Below, in pieces: positions 9,101 to 18,390 of a DNA stretch of 64,000 nucleotides. The stretch's first letter is position 1. Each line of letters opens with the position of its first letter. Where the stretch lies: IMG/VR virus record IMGVR_UViG_3300033149_002633, positions 1 to 64,000 of that record, one strand, 5' to 3'. The stretch is from a virus. The position numbers and the translations under genes are program-made. Below the pieces are notes generated by a model, which was not told the origin of the DNA, did no database searches, and worked only from the letters and a program-made list of their open reading frames with translations.

Positions 9101-9484
9101 CTAAATCTTTTTGAAAGCTCCTATTCTGGGAGAAAAGATTTCTCCTTCTCTGAATAGGTCGTCTAAACAAGCTTCTATTTTTCTTATATCTCCACCAGTT
9201 TTTTCTTTGATTTGTTCAATCGTTAATTCTTCATCGTCTGAAAGGTTAAAAAATAAATCATAAATCTTTGTCATGAGAGGTATTTCCCTCTCTTCATCTT
9301 CAGTATCTCCATCTTCTTCTTCAATGTAAATTCTGTTAGATATCTGTTGGATTGTAATATATAAGTCGTTGAGTTCGTATCTATAATTACTATCTTCATC
9401 ATCTAAGAGTTCTCCGAGTTCTCCCCATAGACATTCCATCTCACTGAGGATTTCATTTACTCTATCGATTTTTTCTACTTTCAT
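9101..9484 (-). CDS. Acidic protein with C-terminal winged helix of the MCM/RPA2 C-terminal type
   Basis: Ends ...IEACLDDLFREGEIFSPRIGAFKKI. Confidence 0.65.
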   Translation of the reverse strand: MKVEKIDRVNEILSEMECLWGELGELLDDEDSNYRYELNDLYITIQQISNRIYIEEEDGDTEDEEREIPLMTKIYDLFFNLSDDEELTIEQIKEKTGGDIRKIEACLDDLFREGEIFSPRIGAFKKI

Positions 9485-9488
9485 TTAA

Positions 9489-9935
9489 TCACTCCATGTT
9501 TTCTACAAATTTGGTTATTCTCTCATTGATATAGTCTTCACTTCCCCAGATTACTTCTATTTTGATAGAAGGGTCTCCATTCCATAGATAGTGTAATCCA
9601 TGTCTCTTAAGTACTTTACATAGTTCTTTTCCGACTTCTTTAGTAGTTAAAGGTGGTTTTACTCCTTGTTGTTCCATTTCGTATGTGTCAGAGGGAATAT
9701 AAGAGATATATACTCCACCATTTTCTTCTTTGAATGCTTTATCTTCTTGTTGGTGCCAGTATATTACTCCTTTGGGTATTTTCCCAGTTTCTTTCCATTT
9801 CTTTTCTATCTTTGAGAAAAGAGAGTATTGAGCACAAGTATTACAGCACATGTAATTAATTCTTGCTATAAATCCATCTTTTCTCAAATCCCTAAAAACA
9901 TCTTTTAGTCTTTCTCTTGTTTGATATCCGTTCAT
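9489..9935 (-). CDS. DUF6891-like protein
   Basis: RL..VF..L...G..AR.NY.CCxxC, YWHQQ, EVG.E....L...GL...WNG....I.V pattern. Confidence 0.65.
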   Translation of the reverse strand: MNGYQTRERLKDVFRDLRKDGFIARINYMCCNTCAQYSLFSKIEKKWKETGKIPKGVIYWHQQEDKAFKEENGGVYISYIPSDTYEMEQQGVKPPLTTKEVGKELCKVLKRHGLHYLWNGDPSIKIEVIWGSEDYINERITKFVENME

Positions 9936-9977
9936 TTTATCACCTCAACAAACTTGAAGTTTGTAAGTTTGTGGTTG

Positions 9978-10015
9978 GTAATACTGTATTACAAATGCAT
10001 ATTTAAACATTTCGA
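9978..10015 (-). promoter_or_regulatory. BRE-TATA promoter with palindromic operator GTAATACAGTATTAC
   Basis: cgaaatgTTTAAATA-7 bp-GTAATAcagTATTAC. Confidence 0.8.
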
Positions 10016-10040
10016 AATTCTCGAAAAAAAAAGAAGGAAA

Positions 10041-10313
10041 TTATGAGGATTTAAGAGATTGGAGATAAGGAATTCTGTCTTCGATTAGATATCTAACACG
10101 TCTTAGATTGGTAAGGAAATGATATGTTTCTCTTGCAGTCATTCTCCATTCATTTAGAGTTTCATAGATATTGTAGTTTTCATCTATTATCTCAAATCTA
10201 TATCCTCCATAAGTAGTATTATGGTTTATTTTCCAGCGTAATCCATCTGGAAGAGAAGGAAGAGCTTCTTTCGCTAACTTTACAATCATCTTTTCTGTTA
10301 CTCTGAAAGTCAT
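10041..10313 (-). CDS. Hypothetical protein
   Basis: TAATG coupling; oligo-T terminator follows. Confidence 0.75.
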   Translation of the reverse strand: MTFRVTEKMIVKLAKEALPSLPDGLRWKINHNTTYGGYRFEIIDENYNIYETLNEWRMTARETYHFLTNLRRVRYLIEDRIPYLQSLKSS

Positions 10314-10810
10314 TATAAGTCCTCCAATTCTGGTATATCATAAAATCTCTCTATAATAATCTCTGGTGGAGAATATTCAAAGCTATATCTTATCACTGTA
10401 TTGTCTAAGTTTATGTCATCAAAAGGACTTTCATCAATGATACATTTTATCATTTCGTAGAATAAGTCACAGCCCCATTCTTCTTCGAGTATTGCTCTTT
10501 CCACTGCGTCAAATCTTATACTGAACATCTCACGTTCCCAATACCAGTAGTTTATCCTTATAGTAGCAATAAATTTGGAGTGTTCTTCATCGTCATCTAT
10601 TGATATCATTATGTTGTCTTTGTAAATGTAAGGGGAAAAATACATTTTTTCTAGCCCCAATTCCTCCTCAACTTTGTCTAATGCTTTCAAGAATGGTTTT
10701 AAGAATTCTTTTGTTTCATCTACCATAGCATTGAATTTCTTTTCTAATTCAGAAATCTTTTTATTGAATTCTATTTCTGCTAATAAGTCTGGGTTTGTTA
10801 TCTTGTTCAT
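10313..10810 (-). CDS. Acidic hypothetical protein
   Basis: ATGA coupling. Confidence 0.75.
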   Translation of the reverse strand: MNKITNPDLLAEIEFNKKISELEKKFNAMVDETKEFLKPFLKALDKVEEELGLEKMYFSPYIYKDNIMISIDDDEEHSKFIATIRINYWYWEREMFSIRFDAVERAILEEEWGCDLFYEMIKCIIDESPFDDINLDNTVIRYSFEYSPPEIIIERFYDIPELEDL

Positions 10811-11226
10811 TTATATCTCTCCTCTATTTCTTCAAGGATTTGATAAACATAATAACATAATCTGTATCTGAATTCACGGAATGTATCTTTCATTTCCCTT
10901 TTCTTATTCTCATGTAAATCATCGAAAGGAATTGGTCTGTTATCATCGTCTAATTCTAATATTTGTTCTAGCTGATATAGTATATCATAGATGAGTATTC
11001 CATATCTTTTCTGCTGGATTTCTATTAAGTCTAAGATAGTCTGAAATGTGTTGCTCTTGATAAAGTAACTGGTACATTTTTCGAATTCATCGTTACAACT
11101 ATCATGATATTCATCAGCAAAGACGAATATTGTATCAAGCCATTTCTTATCTCCATCTTTTCCAGTTGGATAACCCAATAAATGGGTTAAAACTGAATTG
11201 TCAATTTCTGTCCATCTGTAGTTCAT
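10807..11226 (-). CDS. Hypothetical protein
   Basis: GGTGA RBS; first gene after an operator-bearing promoter. Confidence 0.8.
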   Translation of the reverse strand: MNYRWTEIDNSVLTHLLGYPTGKDGDKKWLDTIFVFADEYHDSCNDEFEKCTSYFIKSNTFQTILDLIEIQQKRYGILIYDILYQLEQILELDDDNRPIPFDDLHENKKREMKDTFREFRYRLCYYVYQILEEIEERYK

Positions 11227-11253
11227 TTTTCATCACCAAAAAACAAAGTTTTT

Positions 11254-11297
11254 GTGGTCGTAATACTGTATTACGACCACTTATTTAAACCTTTCGA
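11254..11297 (-). promoter_or_regulatory. BRE-TATA promoter with perfect 27-bp palindrome
   Basis: gtggtcgtaatac-t-gtattacgaccac (11254-11280) next to cgaaaggTTTAAATA. Confidence 0.85.
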
Positions 11298-11303
11298 ATA
11301 TTT

Positions 11304-11540
11304 TTATTTTTTATTCTTATTACAATAGACAGTTATATAGCGTATATCAGTTATATCTATAAAGTATATCTTTAAGTCTTTGTCTACTTTAATACCGTCT
11401 TCTTCTGTAACTGCTAATGATGTATTAGTAGCAAATAAGAATATATAGTCCCCAATCATCTCACAATCTACATGAGCAATGTAGATTTTACTGAAAGGGG
11501 GGATAAAAAAATAAATAGGGTCTGTATTATTAGTAGTCAA
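11304..11540 (-). CDS. Hypothetical protein
   Basis: Fills operon gap; TTG start uncertain. Confidence 0.5.
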   Translation of the reverse strand: MTTNNTDPIYFFIPPFSKIYIAHVDCEMIGDYIFLFATNTSLAVTEEDGIKVDKDLKIYFIDITDIRYITVYCNKNKK

Positions 11541-12510
11541 GGTTCATCATCTCTCCTAACATTTTACTTTCTTCATCCTTTTTTATTTCTTCATTTGTTA
11601 AGTCTATTACTACTTCTCTTTTTGGCTTGAATACTTTTGTCTTAAATGGGTGTTTTAATACCATAATTGGATAGAAGTCAAGTCTTTGTCCTTTTTGTTG
11701 AGCTTCTTCTTTTGTTAAGTTTGTATATATTCTCGTACTTGCATATATATCGTCATTTGCATATGTTTCTAATGTTCCTATCAATGTGTAGAAGTATTTT
11801 TCATCGTCTTTTCGAAGGGTTTCAAAAATCGATTTGAAAGCATCATAAACACACGAGGTGTTACGATTTACATCATTCTTGATATAATAGTCATAGAGAT
11901 AATCGAAAATGTCTGTAACTTGTTTATATTTCTTCAATACATCAACAATTAATACTTGCTCAGAAAAAACATACTCAGAAAAAACATAAAGAGTTGCTTC
12001 AGTGTTTTTGTAATACCTTATCATTGTATCAATTTGTGATTTTAGTCTATTGATAGTTTCATGTAAGTCTTCAAAGCTTATACAATGTTCTTCTTCTTTT
12101 TCTGGACATTCTTCAAATAGCCATTCTCCAAATATGTTTCTTTCATTTATTGTCTCTTCTAAATCATCTAATATTTCTTCTAAGGTTAATTCTCCTTCAT
12201 CTTCTGCGTCGCAGTTAAGGCATATTATTTTGAACTCAAGTTTATCATCAAAGGATTGTGCATAAGGATAGTCATCGAGAGAGATTTCATGATTGGTATA
12301 GACCATTACATCATTTTCTTCATCTTCATACTCACATTCACCACTTAAGAGACTTGAAAATCTCCTACCTATATCAATACAGAATGTCCCATTGTATTTC
12401 TGCCCGCAATTAATACATTCTATGATATAACCTATATGGTCTTCGTCAGCCCATTTGTTATAATTCTCTGGTTTTATTATTAGTCTATGTCCGTTGTATT
12501 CATATGGCAT
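11530..12510 (-). CDS. Protein with two H...CxxC...C Zn-binding repeats
   Basis: CINC and CLNC repeats; GGTGA RBS. Confidence 0.75.
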   Translation of the reverse strand: MPYEYNGHRLIIKPENYNKWADEDHIGYIIECINCGQKYNGTFCIDIGRRFSSLLSGECEYEDEENDVMVYTNHEISLDDYPYAQSFDDKLEFKIICLNCDAEDEGELTLEEILDDLEETINERNIFGEWLFEECPEKEEEHCISFEDLHETINRLKSQIDTMIRYYKNTEATLYVFSEYVFSEQVLIVDVLKKYKQVTDIFDYLYDYYIKNDVNRNTSCVYDAFKSIFETLRKDDEKYFYTLIGTLETYANDDIYASTRIYTNLTKEEAQQKGQRLDFYPIMVLKHPFKTKVFKPKREVVIDLTNEEIKKDEESKMLGEMMNLDY

Positions 12511-12518
12511 TTTATCAC

Positions 12519-12836
12519 CTACTCCACGTACTCTAACAACATGTTAAAAAAATGGGTGTAACACCTTGATAGTTTGTCATCTAAAGGAAGGGGATTGAAT
12601 ATATCCCCATTAGCTCTGAATAAGTCATTTAGGAAATCTACGAAGTAAGATTTGAATTCTTCATATGAGATATCTTCTAAATCTCCTATTTTGTCTAACA
12701 TATTCATCTCGTTTAATACGCTTCCTATAAAATCGACTATCTTTTCGTCTGAAATCAACATACGGAAGTCTTCCCAATGTACTACTTCCATATCAGTGTT
12801 TTCATATAGTATGCCATTGTAATACTGTAATGTCAT
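12519..12836 (-). CDS. Hypothetical protein
   Basis: GGAGG RBS before ATG 12836. Confidence 0.7.
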   Translation of the reverse strand: MTLQYYNGILYENTDMEVVHWEDFRMLISDEKIVDFIGSVLNEMNMLDKIGDLEDISYEEFKSYFVDFLNDLFRANGDIFNPLPLDDKLSRCYTHFFNMLLEYVE

Positions 12837-12837
12837 T

Positions 12838-13272
12838 TTAGTCTTCCTCCCCCAAGTCATTGTCTATGAGTGAGCTTACTACTTTGTCTATAGCTTCCAT
12901 AAAATCTTTTTCTGATATTTCTTCAAGGAGTATTTTGATATCTTTGTCAATGTAATCTTTGAATTCTTTTTTTATTAGTTTTTTCACTTGTTGATGTTTT
13001 AAGAAATCTATGTAATCATTTAATGATTTGAGGAAGTAATTGTGAATTAGAAAACTGAATAGTCTTTCTCTATCAATCTTGCCTTGTAGTTTCTTGATTA
13101 GATTTTGTGTAAATTCAAAGTCTGAAGTCTGTAACAACTTATCTTTATCCTCACTTGTTAATAATTCATCAATGTATGATTCTGTGTTTGACATCAATAT
13201 CTCATATTCCTCATCTGATAGTATCTGTTTTTCAGTGATAGTCTTGAATATTAATATTTTCTCGTTTTCCAT
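12838..13272 (-). CDS. Helical hypothetical protein
   Basis: Adjacent stop/start coupling. Confidence 0.75.
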   Translation of the reverse strand: MENEKILIFKTITEKQILSDEEYEILMSNTESYIDELLTSEDKDKLLQTSDFEFTQNLIKKLQGKIDRERLFSFLIHNYFLKSLNDYIDFLKHQQVKKLIKKEFKDYIDKDIKILLEEISEKDFMEAIDKVVSSLIDNDLGEED

Positions 13273-13647
13273 TTAAATAGCCTCCAGAAACTCATAAATG
13301 AAAGTTATAGTCCAATGGTAATTTCCGCCAGTTTCTGCCTTTTCTCCATTATTACTATCAGTGATAATACCAAGTATTAATACTGGCTCTTCTACATGCA
13401 CTTTTAACAACTTTAATGCGTTGTGATGTGCTATTCTTCTAGCTGTATCAACAAAAGGTAGAACATCAATACTATCATTTTCCTTGTGTTCTAAGTGGTA
13501 AAAACTTACTACTTTGAAATAACAAGATTTTTCTGATAGTCTTTCTATTCTCTCCTCATGTACTAAGAGTTCAACCTTTCTGAACTCTTTTACTATTTCT
13601 TGTTTCAGTGTTTGTGTTAATACTCTATTCATTTTCGAATACCTCAT
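13273..13647 (-). CDS. Hypothetical protein
   Basis: Operon position. Confidence 0.7.
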   Translation of the reverse strand: MRYSKMNRVLTQTLKQEIVKEFRKVELLVHEERIERLSEKSCYFKVVSFYHLEHKENDSIDVLPFVDTARRIAHHNALKLLKVHVEEPVLILGIITDSNNGEKAETGGNYHWTITFIYEFLEAI

Positions 13648-14086
13648 TTATTGATTTTTTAACTGTGTTTAAAGCACTATATAATTTCTTTTGTTCGATT
13701 TCGAAGAAATTACGAATGTTGTAAATGATTACATCAATGTGTGATGTAAGTTCTAATAAATCATCTCTACTAAGAACCTTTGTAAGTTGTAATGTAGTTT
13801 CTGAATTCATCCACACGTCATATGGAATATCTATTCTAGCTCCATTCCAGAACCATTGAAATTCATAATCAAGTATGTTTAGTACTCTTTCTAATTTACT
13901 ATTCCCATCATTTGGGTCTTTCATTGGTATTTCGAGTTTTATTGTATTGTTGCCTAACACTTCATCTAACCATTTGAATATGTTCTGTGTAGTATCATAT
14001 AGTTGTTTAGTTAGTCTTGTTCTTCCTTCGCTAGCTTTTCGTAATCTTTCCAATTCATATTTTGTCAATTTGATTTTCTCACTCAT
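13625..14086 (-). CDS. Hypothetical protein
   Basis: ATGA coupling; GAGGAGG RBS. Confidence 0.75.
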   Translation of the reverse strand: MSEKIKLTKYELERLRKASEGRTRLTKQLYDTTQNIFKWLDEVLGNNTIKLEIPMKDPNDGNSKLERVLNILDYEFQWFWNGARIDIPYDVWMNSETTLQLTKVLSRDDLLELTSHIDVIIYNIRNFFEIEQKKLYSALNTVKKSINEVFENE

Positions 14087-14592
14087 TTTTGTTCCTCCTC
14101 TATTTTATACCAGTTTAAGTCTTCATCATAGAATGTTTGTGTTTCATCATCATTCATATCATAATCATCTTCTATTATCGGTGGATAATATGGTTCCATA
14201 CTTCTGGAAGTAATGAAATAATCATCTTCTACTCCATATTCTCTTTTATCACCATGATTCTCAATCAAATGAGAGATATGACAATTTTTGGAACAAAACG
14301 TATGGTTATCATTATTTATTACGAATTCATTTCCACAGTAATAACATTGTTTTACTGTGCCAATAGGTGAGAATTCTACTATATCTTTTAATTCTGCTTT
14401 GGATTTCAAGTGTAAGTATCGTTCTTCTTTATTTATCTCTTCTTTGTGTTTTTTTAGCCATTCTTCTATATCTTTTTCTCTTGTTGTATTCTTATCTGAT
14501 TTGATAGCACTTATTGGGACATTTATATCACATTCTGTGATTACATCCCATTTTTCTCTCATTCTTACTCTAACTTTTATGTATCTTGTCAT
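14083..14592 (-). CDS. TRASH/MYM-like Zn-finger protein
   Basis: CYYCG...FCSKNC; GGTGATACA-ATG; promoter at 14634-14649. Confidence 0.7.
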   Translation of the reverse strand: MTRYIKVRVRMREKWDVITECDINVPISAIKSDKNTTREKDIEEWLKKHKEEINKEERYLHLKSKAELKDIVEFSPIGTVKQCYYCGNEFVINNDNHTFCSKNCHISHLIENHGDKREYGVEDDYFITSRSMEPYYPPIIEDDYDMNDDETQTFYDEDLNWYKIEEEQK

Positions 14593-14633
14593 TGTATCAC
14601 CATTTTGTTGTGTGATAACTTTATTCTTTTATC

Positions 14634-14649
14634 TTTTTAAACCTTTCGA
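14634..14649 (-). promoter_or_regulatory. BRE-TATA promoter heading the early cluster
   Basis: tcgaaaggtttaaaaa; upstream tandem ATTATTAyGACCATT repeats at 14649-14683. Confidence 0.8.
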
Positions 14650-14795
14650 TTATTACGACCATTTGGTAATTATTATGACCATTCCAGTCGAAATAAGGGT
14701 TTTATAGTCTAACTATTTTTTCGTAAGTTGTTATTAGAGAGGCTGAAACCATAAAATTTAAATGTTTTGAACATTTCGATATAATTGTGGTTCAG

Positions 14796-14954
14796 ATGAA
14801 AAACTATTTGGAAGGATTGATAAAAAGACTGATAATGATATGTCTTCCAGTAACATGTTTTGTGTTTATTATTTCTGGTATATTATGGATATTCATAGGC
14901 GAGAAAGCGATGGAATTATATGATGATTATATGGATTGGGTAATGGATTATTAA
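14796..14954 (+). CDS. 52-aa single-TM membrane protein (not in ORF track)
   Basis: MKNYLEGLIKRLIMICLPVTCFVFIISGILWIFIGEKAMELYDDYMDWVMDY. Confidence 0.65.
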   Translation: MKNYLEGLIKRLIMICLPVTCFVFIISGILWIFIGEKAMELYDDYMDWVMDY

Positions 14955-14972
14955 GAAGAAGGGTAGGAAATA

Positions 14973-15224
14973 ATGGATAAACAATTAGATGTTAAAAAGT
15001 TGAGAGAATATATAGAGAATATATCTCAGAAAGTTTATGACTTTAGGGATGATATAATGCTCTATAAGAGACTGTTATATAAGCTTGAGATAAAAGAAAT
15101 GGTAGATAAAGATTTTGTAAGTCAGACAGAGATAATAAGAGAAGAGATGTGGGAATTAGTAGAAGGCATAATGAGAATATTAAATTTAGAGAATGATTTA
15201 ACATACATTTATCTCTACGACTGA
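14973..15224 (+). CDS. Helical hypothetical protein
   Basis: Purine-rich RBS; operon position. Confidence 0.7.
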   Translation: MDKQLDVKKLREYIENISQKVYDFRDDIMLYKRLLYKLEIKEMVDKDFVSQTEIIREEMWELVEGIMRILNLENDLTYIYLYD

Positions 15225-15247
15225 CACTAAGGGGGTTAAGATGTAAG

Positions 15248-15730
15248 ATGTCTAAATGGAAAAAAGTCGTCTCTTCTGTAATAGATAAGAAGAATACTAT
15301 TGAAATAAAGAATTATATTCATTGGAGAGTAAAAGGGAATAAAATAACAACAGAAAAGATTTTGAATGGTTTAACACATTTAATTAAATTGAAAGATAAA
15401 GATTATCCAATAAAAAGATTAGATTCTTTTAGCATCCCAGATAATATATATGTTACTGTAGCCAACTCTGGACTTTTAGTAGTATATGTCTATAATTCTA
15501 TTCCTAAAAGAGTTTTCTGGGATGATATTCTAAATGATATGAAAATATTTTTCAATAAAAGACCAATGTTTAGAGATATGAGACTTACAGAAGAAGGTTT
15601 TTTAGTCTCATTTTTAATAAAGACCAGAGAAGATGTCTCTATTGATGACTTATATTATATAGAAAGAAGCGAATACCTCGATTTTCTATCCTCTCGTAAA
15701 GATAAGGCTGGGAAACCCCAGCCTTATTAA
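15248..15730 (+). CDS. Hypothetical protein
   Basis: 160 aa ORF. Confidence 0.7.
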   Translation: MSKWKKVVSSVIDKKNTIEIKNYIHWRVKGNKITTEKILNGLTHLIKLKDKDYPIKRLDSFSIPDNIYVTVANSGLLVVYVYNSIPKRVFWDDILNDMKIFFNKRPMFRDMRLTEEGFLVSFLIKTREDVSIDDLYYIERSEYLDFLSSRKDKAGKPQPY

Positions 15731-15745
15731 GATGTTAAACGTTAG

Positions 15746-15789
15746 AAGGTTTCGAAACCTTTAAATATTGTTTTGTAATATTGTATTAC
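15746..15789 (+). promoter_or_regulatory. BRE-TATA promoter with operator GTAATATTGTATTAC before a leaderless HTH gene
   Basis: cgaaaccTTTAAATA-7 bp-GTAATAttgTATTAC-g-ATG; 16-bp palindrome aaggtttcgaaacctt over the BRE. Confidence 0.8.
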
Positions 15790-15790
15790 G

Positions 15791-16468
15791 ATGACACCAT
15801 ACAACATATTTAAAGAATTTACGCTTCCAACTCGTAGTCAGTTGGTGTTGTTAAAAGAAAAGTCATTTTTGACTGTAGAAGACGTATCGAAAATATTTGG
15901 ATATAGTAAAGAGACTATACGGAAGAGAATAAGAGAAGGAGATATACCAGCTAAGCGGGAAGTTACAAAATATTTGATACCATCTAAAGCTGTATATGAT
16001 AAAACTTCAACGTTGCTTACTGCTCTGAAAAATATGGAGATAGAAACAACAATAGTTCCAGAGATATACAATAGAGTATTCTATAAAGCAACAATACAAC
16101 ATCCAATAGATTTTACAATAAAGAATGAAGAAATTGTAATAATATTTGACGTAAATATAAAGAAAGAGACTACTCACTTTACGACTTTTGCATTAACTAT
16201 TCTTTATGTAAATGGAGAAAAACCAAGTATATCTGGTGATAATATCATAGCAACTATACATGTATTCTTTGACATTGATAATTCTGTTACTGGATTAGAG
16301 ATAGAGAAAATGTGGGACAAAGAGAATAGATTTGATTATTCTCATACTCCAAAAGTCATAAGTAGAAAGTGGAGAACAGTCATATATTGGATAATCAATA
16401 CATTTGTCTTGAAATTCTATAATACGGAGGATGAAAAATTTGTTAGAGAAAGAGAGATTAATAGTTAG
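15791..16468 (+). CDS. Excisionase/MerR-like HTH (HTH_17-type) DNA-binding protein with C-terminal beta domain
   Basis: FLTVEDVSKIFGYSKETIRKRIREGDIPA...YLIP. Confidence 0.85.
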   Translation: MTPYNIFKEFTLPTRSQLVLLKEKSFLTVEDVSKIFGYSKETIRKRIREGDIPAKREVTKYLIPSKAVYDKTSTLLTALKNMEIETTIVPEIYNRVFYKATIQHPIDFTIKNEEIVIIFDVNIKKETTHFTTFALTILYVNGEKPSISGDNIIATIHVFFDIDNSVTGLEIEKMWDKENRFDYSHTPKVISRKWRTVIYWIINTFVLKFYNTEDEKFVREREINS

Positions 16469-16823
16469 GACAATACGTTTCCCAGACGAGATACGTGATT
16501 ACTTTGATTTGCGTGGTATTAGAATGAGTACTGTAATAAGGGATAGTCTTGATATGGAAATAACACTAGAAGAAGTCAAAAAATATGATGAGATTTATAG
16601 AGAATTTGGTGTTCCTAAAAGCATTAGATTGACAGATAAAGACGTTGCTAAGCTGAAACAAGAAGCTTTTATCTTGGATACTCAAATTAGAGGAAAAACT
16701 ATAGGATATACTTCATTATTGAGGTATAAAATAATCAAGTATTTTCATGAAGAAAATATGGAATATGATATCGATTATGGCAAGATAGAACAATTAAGAG
16801 AACAATTGGGGGAATTAAAATGA
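16431..16823 (+). CDS. Tandem ribbon-helix-helix DNA-binding protein
   Basis: RTIRFPDEI...MSTVIRDSL and KSIRLTDKD...GYTSLLRYKI. Confidence 0.65.
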   Translation: MKNLLEKERLIVRTIRFPDEIRDYFDLRGIRMSTVIRDSLDMEITLEEVKKYDEIYREFGVPKSIRLTDKDVAKLKQEAFILDTQIRGKTIGYTSLLRYKIIKYFHEENMEYDIDYGKIEQLREQLGELK

Positions 16824-17158
16824 ATGAAGAATATGAAATTGAAGAAGGTTATATAGAAATAAAAAATGATAATGATGTTCCTATCAGTAAGGAGTTGTTA
16901 AATACGATATTAGATATTATCTCAAAGTGGGTCGAGAAAGAAGATTGGACTTCTTTTAAGATTCAATATAAGAAGATAAAAGATAATGAAGGACAAAAAA
17001 TGTCTGGTAGATACGTGTTTGGAACTTGTGCTGATAGTGGAATATTTTTGACTGCAGATAATATATTAGAGGATTTACAACAAATAGATTGGAAGAAAAA
17101 TACTAATAAATATATAAAAAGGGATGAAAAAAATGGCGACAAAGAAAGAACTAGCTGA
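16820..17158 (+). CDS. Hypothetical protein
   Basis: ATGA coupling. Confidence 0.7.
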   Translation: MNEEYEIEEGYIEIKNDNDVPISKELLNTILDIISKWVEKEDWTSFKIQYKKIKDNEGQKMSGRYVFGTCADSGIFLTADNILEDLQQIDWKKNTNKYIKRDEKNGDKERTS

Positions 17159-17543
17159 AATAAAAGAAAAAGGTGTGCTTGAGTTCCTCGCAGAACAGAA
17201 ATCGAAGTTAGAAAGGGAAGATATAAATGGCGACATCATAGATGCTCTCTATGAAGACGAAGAAGTAAAAAGACTTATCTTACGTGCTAATGAGCTAAAG
17301 AAGGAGTTAAAAAGTATAGAAACTACACTTAAGGAAGTCGATAAAATAGCTCTTGATGCTCTTAAGAGACGTAAAATAAAGAAAGCTGAAACATCAACGT
17401 TTAAACTCACTTTAGTTCAACAGACAAGATATGAGCTGGATAAACAATCATTACAAGAGTTCTTATCTATCAATGGTAAGACTTTAGAAGAGTTTCAGAC
17501 AGAGAAGGAAGTGACATATATTAGGAGGACTATCAAGAAATGA
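17124..17543 (+). CDS. Coiled-coil protein, Gp157/Gam-like architecture
   Basis: Coiled coil followed by ETSTFKLTL..QTRYELDK. Confidence 0.5.
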   Translation: MKKMATKKELAEIKEKGVLEFLAEQKSKLEREDINGDIIDALYEDEEVKRLILRANELKKELKSIETTLKEVDKIALDALKRRKIKKAETSTFKLTLVQQTRYELDKQSLQEFLSINGKTLEEFQTEKEVTYIRRTIKK

Positions 17544-17749
17544 GTTTGTCAGATACTTTATATCTTTTCTTTCTTTTTTTCAGTGGAATTATGGCTATAC
17601 AAGGGTTTTATGCTGTTCTATATAACTTATTAGAAAAAGATAAAATCTTGAAAGTATCTACAGAAAAAGAGTATAGAATTAGTTTTTTATGGCAATTTTT
17701 ATGGTTTATTTTTTGGTCTATTAGTTTTTTCTTTATTTATGCATCTTAG
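17540..17749 (+). CDS. Small two-TM membrane protein
   Basis: Two hydrophobic segments; ATGA coupling; GGAGG RBS. Confidence 0.7.
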   Translation: MSLSDTLYLFFLFFSGIMAIQGFYAVLYNLLEKDKILKVSTEKEYRISFLWQFLWFIFWSISFFFIYAS

Positions 17750-17960
17750 TTTTATGCATTGATAAACCTCGTTTAGAGCTAAACTCTCTTCCACAAATAT
17801 CACATATGATTTTGTTACATTTACATTCTATTATAGAATTATTCTCTAATACTACAGTTGTATCTACAGAAGTGTCTGTAATTTTTGAAACGGTAAATGG
17901 TATTTTGACTATTTTCTCTTCTTTTTCTTTCTTTTTTAGATTTTTAAACCATTTTAACAT
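17733..17960 (-). CDS. C2H2 zinc-finger protein
   Basis: CDICGREFSSKRGLSMHKTKMH; GGTGA RBS. Confidence 0.85.
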   Translation of the reverse strand: MLKWFKNLKKKEKEEKIVKIPFTVSKITDTSVDTTVVLENNSIIECKCNKIICDICGREFSSKRGLSMHKTKMHK

Positions 17961-18318
17961 TATTTCTCACCTTTTGTTCTCTTGCTTTCTTTATTGGTCT
18001 TAATTTTGTTCTTTTTGATGTCTTGATTTTACCAGACAAAATGGCTTCTTTTGTTTCAAAGTATTTCTTTTCTTTTTTCGGATTTATTCTATAGACTGGA
18101 ACTTGGGGATTATTTTTATCATATTTCTCTTCTAACACTCCAGCTACATGAAGTGGATTAAGATGATGATGTATAGTCGAAGCTACTTTTTGAGCTCGTT
18201 GAGACAATTCTTTGACGCTCCAATATTGATATTGACCATTTTCGTCTTTTTCTTCAAGACAATTAAATACAATCATCTTAGTTTGTTCTTTTTGGACTTC
18301 TCCGTTGTTTAATGGCAT
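17944..18318 (-). CDS. Winged-helix (ArsR-like) DNA-binding protein
   Basis: SVKELSQRAQKVASTIHHHLNPLHVAGVLE. Confidence 0.75.
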   Translation of the reverse strand: MPLNNGEVQKEQTKMIVFNCLEEKDENGQYQYWSVKELSQRAQKVASTIHHHLNPLHVAGVLEEKYDKNNPQVPVYRINPKKEKKYFETKEAILSGKIKTSKRTKLRPIKKAREQKVRNNVKMV

Positions 18319-18390
18319 TTAAATCACCCTATTTAAAGATATTGAACATTTCTATATAAATGTATCGTCTTAAACATTTCGAAAAAGGGT

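Noticed and set aside
15791-16468. Excisionase implying integration
   Set aside because: No integrase or att site visible; the operator in its promoter fits a regulator better
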